64,000 nt of DNA, from positions 128,001-192,000 of the forward strand of contig BTVJ01000002.1 in assembly GCA_045863395.1 (NCBI GenBank), read 5' to 3'. Position numbers and translations under genes: made by a program. Positions 56,005 through 64,000 of the stretch are shown here, in pieces; position 1 is the stretch's first letter; each line of letters starts with the position of its first letter. The notes under the pieces are model-generated. The model made no database searches, was not told the DNA's origin, and worked only from the letters and a program-made list of their open reading frames with translations. The stretch is from Myxococcales bacterium. Lineage in GTDB: Bacteria; Myxococcota_A; UBA9042; JABWCM01; BTVJ01.

Positions 56005-56628
56005 ATGAAGCAGCCCACCACCATCGTCTTCGTGCGTCACGGCGAGACCGTCGGCGACTCTGCCATCCGCCTCTACGGGGCCACGGACATCGCCCTCAGC
56101 GATCTCGGGCGTCGCCAGATGGCGTCGGTGGCTGCTGCCCTCGCCGCGGAGCGCTTCGATGCGGTGGTGGCGAGCCCGCTGTCCCGGTCCCTGGAGTCGG
56201 CGGGACTGTGCGCTCCTGGGGTCCCGGTGCTCGTCATCGAGGGCCTCCGGGAGATCGACTTCGGTGCCTGGGAGGGGCGCACCCTCGCGGAGGCCGAGGT
56301 GCAAGACCCGGTGACCTGGGCGCGCTGGCGTACCGAGGGCGACGTCTTCCGCTTCCCCGGTGGTGATCAGCGTGCAGCATTCCGGGGGCGGGTTCGCGCC
56401 GCTACGCAAGAGATCCTGAAGCGCACGTCGGGCCACATCCTCTGCGTGCTCCACAAGGGCGTCATCAAGGTTGCCCTCGCGACGCTCCTCGGGCTCAGCC
56501 CCGACGAGGCCCACCGCCTGCCGGTCCACCTCGGGAGCATCCACCGGCTCAGGCGTGAGGGTCCGCAGTGGCGCCTGGACTCGCAGAACGAGACCGCGCA
56601 CCTGGGATCCGACCACCTCCCCGAGTAG
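56005..56628 (+). CDS. Histidine phosphatase family protein (CobC/GpmB-like)
   Basis: VRHGET, SPLSRS, LREIDFGAWEG, HKGVI. Confidence 0.9.
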   Translation: MKQPTTIVFVRHGETVGDSAIRLYGATDIALSDLGRRQMASVAAALAAERFDAVVASPLSRSLESAGLCAPGVPVLVIEGLREIDFGAWEGRTLAEAEVQDPVTWARWRTEGDVFRFPGGDQRAAFRGRVRAATQEILKRTSGHILCVLHKGVIKVALATLLGLSPDEAHRLPVHLGSIHRLRREGPQWRLDSQNETAHLGSDHLPE

Positions 56629-56630
56629 GT

Positions 56631-58442
56631 CTACTTGTGGGAGGCGGTGCCCGGGGTGAAGGGCTCGGTCTCGAAGCGGAAGTTGTCCAGGATCACCTGG
56701 GAGTCGTAGATGCCGTCCGAGGCGTCGTGGATGTGGAAGGTCAGCGTGAACTTCTCGCCGCCCTTGATGGGCCAGCTCGTCGTCAGCCAGCCCGTGGAGC
56801 TGCCGGTGGCCTGGCTGTCCAGGAAGAACGAGGAGGCGCACTCGTAGCCGGTCCCCGAAATGTTCGTCGGCGGATTCGGACACTTCTCGCTGAACGCCGT
56901 ATTGATGGCGATGTAGCACACCTTCTTCCCCTGCCCGTCCACCTTGTCGTAGTAGGAGTTGGGATTGCTGCACGCGGTCGTGTTGATCACGATCTTCTGC
57001 CCGTTCGTGCTCTCGGGAGCGGTCAGGAGGATGTAGAACTTGTCGTTGTACGCGGTTCCGATGTACTCCTCGTACTCCTCTGAGAAGAACACGTAGTCGA
57101 TTGAGAAGCCCAGCGCGTTCTGCGGGGCCGTCATCACCACCGTGAACTCCACGTTGTCGAAGGTCGGGTAGCCGTCCTTGGCGAAGGGGTCCGGGATGGA
57201 GCCGCCGCCCGACAGGTCCGTGGAGTGCGACGTGCCGGTCGCGGGCCCCGTCGCCAGGAGGCCATAGGACTTGCCGCCGAACGGCTTGAGGCCGTTGTTC
57301 GGGTTGCCGAAGTGGTTCACCGCGGCCCACGCCGACGAGATGTTGTCGTTGGTCGGCGACGTGAACGTCGATGACTCGATGAGGCTGCCGAAGCACATCT
57401 CCAGGGCGCACAGATACGCCTCGACCGTGTTGCCCGTGCAGGGGCCCGCGCACTCGGCGGACTCGTCGATCTTGCCGTTGCAGTTGTTGTCGAAGCCGTC
57501 CCCGAAGGTCTCCGCCGCGCCGGGGTTGATCAGCGGCGAGTAGTCGAAGCAGTCGCCGCCGCCGTGCGGGCACACCTTGGGCTTGCCGACGATCTTCATA
57601 TTGCCGTCGCAGTAGCCGTCCTGGTCGTCGTCGCAGCCCTCGTCGACGAGCATGTTGCAGTTGTTGTCCAGGTCGTCGCAGGTCTCCTCGTGCCAGGGAG
57701 AGACCGTCGGGTCGTTGTCGTTGCAGTCCCCGCCGGCGGTGGCCGTGTGGGTCCCGTTGGGCGCGCACAGGCAGACCCCCGTATCGGAGCGACCGGTCCC
57801 GTCGCCGTCGTCGTCGATGTAGAAGTACGTGCAGTTGCCGTTGGCATCCTCGTCGGTCTGACCGTCGCAGTCGTCGTCGATGCCGTTGCACTGCTCCTTT
57901 GCGCCGGGGTGGACCGCCGGGTTGGAGGGGCCGCAGTCGTCGTCATTGCCGTACCCGTCGCCGTCGACGTCGTCGTCGCAGGCGTCACCGATGCCGTTGC
58001 CGTCGTAGTCCTCCTGCCCGGGGTTCTGGACCTTGGGGCAGTTGTCGTTGACGTCGAAGATCAGGTCGCCGTCCGTGTCCTGGGTGGGGTTGACGACCGG
58101 GCCTGCGTCGGGTCCCCCGGCCGCGGGTCCCCCGTCCGGGTTGGGTGTGAGCGTCGCGTCGGCCGGTACGTCCTCTGGCGCATAGCACTGGTAGTTGGCG
58201 CAGAGCTGGTCGCCCTCGCAGGACCCGCAGGGGCTGCCGCACCCGTTGTCTCCACAGAGCTTTCCGTCGCAGCTCGGGGTGCAGTTGCCGCCGAAGCCCC
58301 CCGGCGAGCCACCGCCCGCGCCGGCGTCCGTCACGCCGCCGCCGGGGACGTAGGCTGCGCCACCCTTGTTGCCGCCGCACGCCGCGAGGGCGATGCCCAT
58401 CGCCGCGATGCCCACCCGCCAGATGATGCGTCCCTGAGTCAT
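56631..58442 (-). CDS. Lipoprotein with TSP3 and MopE-like repeats and a choice-of-anchor-L-like C-terminal domain
   Basis: LAAC lipobox; DNCP...NPGQED...GIGDACD; E.C[ND]..D[DN][DN]C repeats; LATG, FFSEEY..Y...YNDKF, D..DGIYDS.V. Confidence 0.82.
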   Translation of the reverse strand: MTQGRIIWRVGIAAMGIALAACGGNKGGAAYVPGGGVTDAGAGGGSPGGFGGNCTPSCDGKLCGDNGCGSPCGSCEGDQLCANYQCYAPEDVPADATLTPNPDGGPAAGGPDAGPVVNPTQDTDGDLIFDVNDNCPKVQNPGQEDYDGNGIGDACDDDVDGDGYGNDDDCGPSNPAVHPGAKEQCNGIDDDCDGQTDEDANGNCTYFYIDDDGDGTGRSDTGVCLCAPNGTHTATAGGDCNDNDPTVSPWHEETCDDLDNNCNMLVDEGCDDDQDGYCDGNMKIVGKPKVCPHGGGDCFDYSPLINPGAAETFGDGFDNNCNGKIDESAECAGPCTGNTVEAYLCALEMCFGSLIESSTFTSPTNDNISSAWAAVNHFGNPNNGLKPFGGKSYGLLATGPATGTSHSTDLSGGGSIPDPFAKDGYPTFDNVEFTVVMTAPQNALGFSIDYVFFSEEYEEYIGTAYNDKFYILLTAPESTNGQKIVINTTACSNPNSYYDKVDGQGKKVCYIAINTAFSEKCPNPPTNISGTGYECASSFFLDSQATGSSTGWLTTSWPIKGGEKFTLTFHIHDASDGIYDSQVILDNFRFETEPFTPGTASHK

Positions 58443-58478
58443 GATCCACCCTGCGGAGCCCTCACATCGGGGGCTGCT

Positions 58479-60488
58479 CTACTGGTTGCCGATCGCCTCG
58501 ATGCGGAGCCCGCCAGGGTAGGCATAGCTCACGTCGCAGTCATAGCCGTAGGCCGTCAGGCCGAAGGGCTTGTTTGCCTTGATGGTGTGCACGCCGTCCG
58601 TGAGGGGCACCTGGGCCGTCCCCCAGGTCGTCGATCCAAGGGGCACGAGGGGCTGGGTCATCGCCGTGCCGTCGACGGTCACCTCCGCCTCCAGGGGCGC
58701 GACCACGTTCACGTAGTCCTGCTCGTAGCCCGGCGGCGTCAGCACCACGTACTCGCTCAGGTACTGGGCCGTCGGCACCGCGAGGGTCAGCGCGGGGTCG
58801 CCCGTGCCCGTCGTGCCGCACGTCCAGTTGGAGCCCGGGTAGTTGGATCCGATCATGTAGTGACCGACGAGCAGGCGCCCGGTGCCCTCGATGAGGAAGC
58901 TCTCCTTGGCGAGGAGCTGCACGACCTGGCCACGGTTCAACGTGAAGGCCTCGTAGCCGGGGATGGGCGGGTTCGTGGTCACGAAGATGCCGTCCTCGCC
59001 GCCCATGATGCGGAAGATGTCGAACTGGGCGTCGCTTCGCTTGGCGAAGGTGTCGGCCACGTAGGTCTTGCCCCACGCGGCGACCGGGATGAGCTGCTGC
59101 TCGACGTGGTCGCAGTAGTTCACGCCAAGGGGGATATTGGCGCACTCGTGGCCGCCGAACACGTTGATGCGCTTGTCGGACTTGATGTGGCTTCCCGTCA
59201 GGTCCTGGCCCTCGTTGCCGTCGCTCTCCAGGTTGAGGACCTCGCCCTGCTCGAGCTGGAAGCTCGCCGGCTGGTTGGCGGGCAGCGAGGGAACGCCCGG
59301 GCCTCCGAGCACGTTGGCCCGCGGGGTGACGGTCACGTTGGTGACCCCCTGCTGGGTGGCGACCACCGTCAGGAAGCCGCGCAGGGTCTCGAGCACGTCG
59401 GCGCGGTGGGGCCACGACATCACGTAGTACTCCATGCCGCCCACGTTGGAGGGCAGGAGCAGCGACGCGTCGTTGGTGTAGACCCCGTCGCCGTTGAGCG
59501 GGTTGAACTGGTGGACCGTCACGGGTGCGGTGGTCACGATGCGGTAGGAGCGCTTGTCCTTGAGGGAGCCATCCAGGTCGCTGCCGAGGGGGAGGGTGAA
59601 GACCTGCAGGGTGCCCTTCTTGACGATGTCGCTGGGCGCGCCGAGCTCCGCTGCCGTTACAATTGTGCCGGTCGCCATGTTCGTGAAGGTGACCTTGGCG
59701 TCGCCGCCGTCGCTGGGCGCTGAGACGACCACGGCCACCGGCTCGAACTCCGCGTCCTCGATGTTGTCCAGGTCCACGGCCCAGTAGTCGCAGCCCAGGT
59801 ACGTGTTCTGCTTGGTGTTCGCCTCGCAGGCGTCGGCGCAGTAGGCCTCCTTCGTCTCGTCGTCGATCTTGCAGAGGCCCCCATCGCCGCAGGGCTCCGG
59901 GTCCAGCCAGGCGGACCCGTCGTTCTTGCACTTCTTGATGCCCGACGTGCCCACGCAGACGCTGGAGCCCGGTGCACAGAGCAGGGACACGCAGGCGCCC
60001 TGATAGCAGGTCTGGCCACCGTCGCAGGTCGCGTCCTCATAGGCGGTGCCGGTGGGGTTGCAGCGCTTGAAGGTCGTGGGGCCCGAGCACTCGGGCGGCT
60101 CCTTGGCCGCCAGGGGCTCACAGATGGGGGCCGTGCAGTAGCCCTGGAAGCACTTCTCGCCGGCGCCGCACTCCTGCTCCTGCCACTCGGTGCCGCTCGG
60201 GTCGCAGACGCCCCGGGTGTCCTCGTCGATACAGGTGCTGACGCCGGGGATGCAGCTATTGCCGATGTCGGGCGCCGAGGCGACGTCCGCCGCCGGGGTG
60301 CCCGTGTCGGGCGTCGGGGTCGAGGTCGCGTCCTTGTCGCCGCCCGGGCCGAAGCCGCCCGGGTTCCCGCCTCCGCTCGTGTCGAACCCGGTGCCTGGCT
60401 GGGTGCCAACGCCTCCGCCTCCGCCGCTGCTGCTGCACGCGGCCGCGATGGACGCTATGAACGCGAACGATCTCAAGAACTTGCTCAC
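58479..60488 (-). CDS. IgGFc-binding protein (FCGBP N-terminal) domain lipoprotein
   Basis: AAAC lipobox; Cys-rich region; GCDYWAVDL, NDASLLLP, GGHECANIP, CDHVEQQLIP, SYAYPGG. Confidence 0.87.
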   Translation of the reverse strand: MSKFLRSFAFIASIAAACSSSGGGGGVGTQPGTGFDTSGGGNPGGFGPGGDKDATSTPTPDTGTPAADVASAPDIGNSCIPGVSTCIDEDTRGVCDPSGTEWQEQECGAGEKCFQGYCTAPICEPLAAKEPPECSGPTTFKRCNPTGTAYEDATCDGGQTCYQGACVSLLCAPGSSVCVGTSGIKKCKNDGSAWLDPEPCGDGGLCKIDDETKEAYCADACEANTKQNTYLGCDYWAVDLDNIEDAEFEPVAVVVSAPSDGGDAKVTFTNMATGTIVTAAELGAPSDIVKKGTLQVFTLPLGSDLDGSLKDKRSYRIVTTAPVTVHQFNPLNGDGVYTNDASLLLPSNVGGMEYYVMSWPHRADVLETLRGFLTVVATQQGVTNVTVTPRANVLGGPGVPSLPANQPASFQLEQGEVLNLESDGNEGQDLTGSHIKSDKRINVFGGHECANIPLGVNYCDHVEQQLIPVAAWGKTYVADTFAKRSDAQFDIFRIMGGEDGIFVTTNPPIPGYEAFTLNRGQVVQLLAKESFLIEGTGRLLVGHYMIGSNYPGSNWTCGTTGTGDPALTLAVPTAQYLSEYVVLTPPGYEQDYVNVVAPLEAEVTVDGTAMTQPLVPLGSTTWGTAQVPLTDGVHTIKANKPFGLTAYGYDCDVSYAYPGGLRIEAIGNQ

Positions 60489-60651
60489 GAGGTTCTCCCG
60501 CGGGGGTGGAGGTGCGAGGCCGGTCGCTCGACGGCACCAAGGTAGAGGGCCCGCGCGCGGGAATCAACCCTGAACGGTTCCGGTGCTACGACGGGCGGGA
60601 CGCGCGCAACCGCGTTGTGGCATGATGCGGGCCCAAGTACGGAGGTACACC

Positions 60652-61797
60652 ATGGCGTTCCCCGACCACCTGCTCGACGAGACCCACGTGCAGTTCCGCA
60701 AGGTCTGCGTCGACTTCGCGCGCAGAGAGATCGCCCCCTTCGCCAATGAGTGGGAGGAGGCGGAGGAGTTCCCGCGGGAGCTGTACGCCAAGGCGGCGGC
60801 GGCGGGCCTGCTGGGCGTGTCGTTCCCCGAGGAGGTCGGAGGGAGCGGGGGCACCATCGTGCACGCCATGGTCGCGACGGAGGCGCTGCTGCGGGGGGGC
60901 TCCATGGGCGTGCTCGCGGGGCTCGGCTCCTTGGGCATTGGCCTCCCGCCGGTGGTGCAAGCGGGGGACGGGGACCAGATCGACCGCTTCGTGCGGCCGA
61001 CGCTGGCGGGGGAGACCATCTCGGCCCTGGCGATCACGGAGCCCGACACGGGGTCGGACGTGGCCGGGGTGCGGACGACCGCGCGGCGGGACGGAGACGA
61101 CTGGGTCATCGACGGCGCCAAGATGTTCATCACGTCGGGGGTGCGGGCGGACTTCGTGACGGTGCTGGCGCGGACGGGGCCGGACAAGCACGGGGGCCTC
61201 ACCTTCTTCATGGTGGAGCGGGGGATGCCTGGCTTCACCGTGTCGCGCGCCTTGCGGAAGACTGGGTGGAGGGCCTCGGACACGGCAGAGCTGGCCTTCG
61301 ACGGCGTCCGCGTGCCGGACCGGAACCGAATCGGGAGGGAAGGCGGGGGCTTCCAGACGCTCATGCGCAACTTCCAGGCGGAGCGCATGGGCCTGGCGGT
61401 CTACGGCCACGCGGCGGCAGAGATCGCTCTGGAGGAGGCCTTGAGGTGGGCCCGGGAGCGCAAGGCCTTCGGGCGCCCGCTCGTCGGCTTCCAGGTGACG
61501 CGGCACAAGCTGGCGGACATGGCGATGCGGGTCGTCGCCGCCAAGACCCTGAACTACACGCTGGCCTTGCGGATCGCGGCGGGGGAGATGCTGGTCAAGG
61601 AGGTCTCCCTGGCGAAGAACCTGGCTGCAGAGGCCGCCATGAGCGTGTGCACGGAGGCGGTGCAGATCTTCGGCGGCATGGGCTACATGCGGGAGACCCT
61701 CGTCGAGCGGCTGAGCCGCGACGTGCGCCTGCTGCCCATCGGCGGCGGCACGACGGAGATCATGAAGGAGATCGTCGCGCGGTCCATGGGGCTGTGA
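60652..61797 (+). CDS. Acyl-CoA dehydrogenase
   Basis: GGAGG RBS; ITEPDTGSD, GAKMFITSG, QIFGGMGY, IGGGTTEIM. Confidence 0.95.
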   Translation: MAFPDHLLDETHVQFRKVCVDFARREIAPFANEWEEAEEFPRELYAKAAAAGLLGVSFPEEVGGSGGTIVHAMVATEALLRGGSMGVLAGLGSLGIGLPPVVQAGDGDQIDRFVRPTLAGETISALAITEPDTGSDVAGVRTTARRDGDDWVIDGAKMFITSGVRADFVTVLARTGPDKHGGLTFFMVERGMPGFTVSRALRKTGWRASDTAELAFDGVRVPDRNRIGREGGGFQTLMRNFQAERMGLAVYGHAAAEIALEEALRWARERKAFGRPLVGFQVTRHKLADMAMRVVAAKTLNYTLALRIAAGEMLVKEVSLAKNLAAEAAMSVCTEAVQIFGGMGYMRETLVERLSRDVRLLPIGGGTTEIMKEIVARSMGL

Positions 61798-61979
61798 GCG
61801 CTGCGTCGGGGACGCCGCGCGCGGGCGGCTGCTCCTGGGTGAATCGGCCGCACCCGCCGCAGGGCATGTCCCCGGCGAGCGGACTCGCGGCGCACGCCGA
61901 CGCCCCGGCGGGCGGCAGCAGACCCTTGACCTCGGGGGCCTTTTGAGGATAGACGCACCCGGTTCGCGGTCCCTGGCCT

Positions 61980-62570
61980 GTGGAGGCGTTCGTGAATCGG
62001 CTGTTCCTCGCGTTCCTTTGGTTCTTCAAGATCCTGTTCGGCGGCGGCAAGGCCGAGCTGGCAGAGCTCGAGCGAAAGGCGTCGCTGCCACCGCCCAAGG
62101 CCCCGGAGCCCCGCAAGGCGCCCGAACCGGCCCCGAAGCCCGCGGCGAAGGTCGAGGCCCCGCCGAAGGCTGAGCCCGCCAGGGGGGCGCGCCCCGAGGA
62201 CGGCGCGCTGCGGCTGCTGGCGTTGCTCCAGGGAGACGGGCGGCTGGTGGACTTCCTGCGCGAGGACATCGGCGCCTACTCCGACGACCAGGTGGGGGCG
62301 GCGGTGCGCAACATCCACGCGGACTGCCGGAGGGCGCTCGACAAGGTGGTGACCCTGGAGCCGGTGCTGGCGGGGGAGGAGGGCGCCAGCGTGACCGTTC
62401 CGCGCGGCTTCGATCCGTCGGCGATTCGCGTGGTCGGCAACGTGCGGGGCGAGCCGCCCTACTCAGGGGCGCTGCGGCACCACGGCTGGCGGGCGAAGCG
62501 CATCGAGCTGCCAGGCGTGCCCTCGGGGCAGGACCTGACGGTGGTGGCGCCGGCCGAGGTGGAGGTCTGA
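61980..62570 (+). CDS. DUF2760 family protein
   Basis: LLALLQ.DGRLVDFL.EDI..YSD.QVGAAVR.IH; VVGNV.GEPP..G.LRHHGW; VAPAEVEV. Confidence 0.88.
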   Translation: MEAFVNRLFLAFLWFFKILFGGGKAELAELERKASLPPPKAPEPRKAPEPAPKPAAKVEAPPKAEPARGARPEDGALRLLALLQGDGRLVDFLREDIGAYSDDQVGAAVRNIHADCRRALDKVVTLEPVLAGEEGASVTVPRGFDPSAIRVVGNVRGEPPYSGALRHHGWRAKRIELPGVPSGQDLTVVAPAEVEV

Positions 62571-62571
62571 C

Positions 62572-64000
62572 ATGGACACGTCGCGCTATATCGTGGGCAT
62601 CGACCTCGGCACCACGAACACGGCGGTCGCGTACGTGGACACCGAGGGGGACGGGGTGGTCCACCTGCTGGAGCTGCCCCAGCTCGTGCGGCTCGGGCAC
62701 GTCGAGGCGCGGCCTACGCTGCCGTCCTTCGTGTACCTGGCCAACCCGGGGGAGCTGCCGCCCGGGTCCCTGCGGCTCCCGTGGGATGGGGGGGCCGGCG
62801 ACGCGGTGGGCGTGCTGGCGCGAGACCACGGCGCCAAGGTGCCTGCGCGGCTGGTGAGCTCCGCCAAGTCGTGGCTGTCCCATGGTGGTGTGGATCGGCG
62901 GGCCCCCATCCTCCCATTGGGTTTGGAGGACGCGGAGCGGCGCATCTCTCCGTTGGACGCCTCGGCGCGGGTGCTGCGGCACGTGCGGGACGCCTGGAAC
63001 CACCTCATGGGGGTGCGCCTCGAGGAGCAGAGCGTGCTCCTGACCGTGCCGGCCTCCTTCGACCCCGTGGCGCGGGAGCTGACCATGGCGGCGGCGCGGG
63101 AGGCGGGGCTCGACGCCGTGTTGCTGGAGGAGCCCCAGGCGGCGCTGTATGCGTGGCTCGGGGATCACGAGGGCTGGCGCAAGCAGGTGTCGGCCGGCGA
63201 CGTGATCCTGGTGTGCGACGTGGGTGGCGGCACCACTGACTTCAGCCTCATCCAGGTGCGGGACGAGGGGGGCGACCTGGTGCTGGAGCGGGTGGCGGTG
63301 GGGGACCACATCCTGCTCGGCGGCGACAACATGGATCTCGCCCTGGCCCACCTCGTCCAGGCGCAGCTCGAGGAGCAGGGGACGCGCCTCGACGCCTGGC
63401 AGAGCCGCGAGCTGTGGCACGCGTGCCGTGAGGCCAAGGAGGCGCTGCTGTCGGGGGGGGCGGAGAGTCACCCCATCACGGTGCTCGGGCGGGGGTCGCG
63501 GCTCATCGGGGGAGCGATCAAGTCCGACGTGTGGCGCGACGACGTGGAGGCGGTGGTCCTGGACGGGTTCTTCCCGCGGTGTGGCGCGGATGAGAGGCCC
63601 GCGCGGCGGCGGGCGGCGGGCCTGCGGGAGCTGGGGCTGCCCTATGCGGCAGATCCGGGCGTGACGAAGCACCTGGCGGAGTTCCTGGGGCGCCACGCGG
63701 GGGCAGGGGCGGCGACGGCGGTGCTCTTCAATGGTGGCGTCTTCAGGGCAGACGCGCTGCGGGGGCGCGTCATCGAGGCCCTCGACGGGTGGGCCCGGGA
63801 GGGGGGGGGAGCTTCGGTCAAGGTGCTCGACGGCGCCAACCTGGACCTGGCCGTCGCGCGGGGGGCGGCCTGGTACGGCCTCGTGCGGCGGGGCAAGGGC
63901 TTGCGGATACGGGGCGGCACGGCGCGCAGCTACTACGTCGGGGTGGAGTCGTCCATGCCGGCGGTGCCGGGCATGGCGCCCCCCATGCGGGCGCTGTGCG
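62572..64000 (+). CDS. Atypical Hsp70-family protein (partial, runs off the window end)
   Basis: Read directly from the sequence: ATG 62572, IVGIDLGTTN, TVPASFD, EEPQAA, DVGGGTTD, LLGGDNMD, VLFNGG, DLAVARGAA. Confidence 0.92.
   Translation, partial: MDTSRYIVGIDLGTTNTAVAYVDTEGDGVVHLLELPQLVRLGHVEARPTLPSFVYLANPGELPPGSLRLPWDGGAGDAVGVLARDHGAKVPARLVSSAKSWLSHGGVDRRAPILPLGLEDAERRISPLDASARVLRHVRDAWNHLMGVRLEEQSVLLTVPASFDPVARELTMAAAREAGLDAVLLEEPQAALYAWLGDHEGWRKQVSAGDVILVCDVGGGTTDFSLIQVRDEGGDLVLERVAVGDHILLGGDNMDLALAHLVQAQLEEQGTRLDAWQSRELWHACREAKEALLSGGAESHPITVLGRGSRLIGGAIKSDVWRDDVEAVVLDGFFPRCGADERPARRRAAGLRELGLPYAADPGVTKHLAEFLGRHAGAGAATAVLFNGGVFRADALRGRVIEALDGWAREGGGASVKVLDGANLDLAVARGAAWYGLVRRGKGLRIRGGTARSYYVGVESSMPAVPGMAPPMRALC

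Overview
Very GC-rich (by eye about 70% or more), gene-dense chromosomal window. It is most likely from a Myxococcota/deltaproteobacterium-like organism, inferred from the many Cys-rich lipoproteins, Myxococcus-type Cys repeats and a MYXO-CTERM-like tail. About 50 CDS can be supported; I saw no rRNA, tRNA, CRISPR array, integrase or intact transposase. Recognisable genes include an MNT-HEPN toxin-antitoxin pair, oxyR, ftcD, trpS, arr, a yjhP-like methyltransferase, an MMPL transporter, signalling genes and a DUF2760-Hsp70 pair. Highlights: (1) seven large disulfide-rich secreted or surface proteins sit alongside an unusually dense thiol-disulfide toolkit: a coupled NUDIX-ArfB-VKOR/Trx-OmpA-like-TlpA operon, a triple-DsbA lipoprotein, a Trx-TPR protein, and a DUF4266-DUF3570-TlpA/ApbE flavinylation operon; (2) a small foreign-looking island carries an Arr-2-like rifampin ADP-ribosyltransferase flanked by attC-like remnants; (3) a perfect loopless 70-bp palindrome lies at 48561-48630; (4) a TANNNT box sits 6-8 nt before the ATG of eight genes, suggesting widespread leaderless mRNAs; (5) a D-glutamate-cyclase-like protein is split into DUF1445 and DUF4392 genes. 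All family calls come from motif recognition by eye, not database searches.
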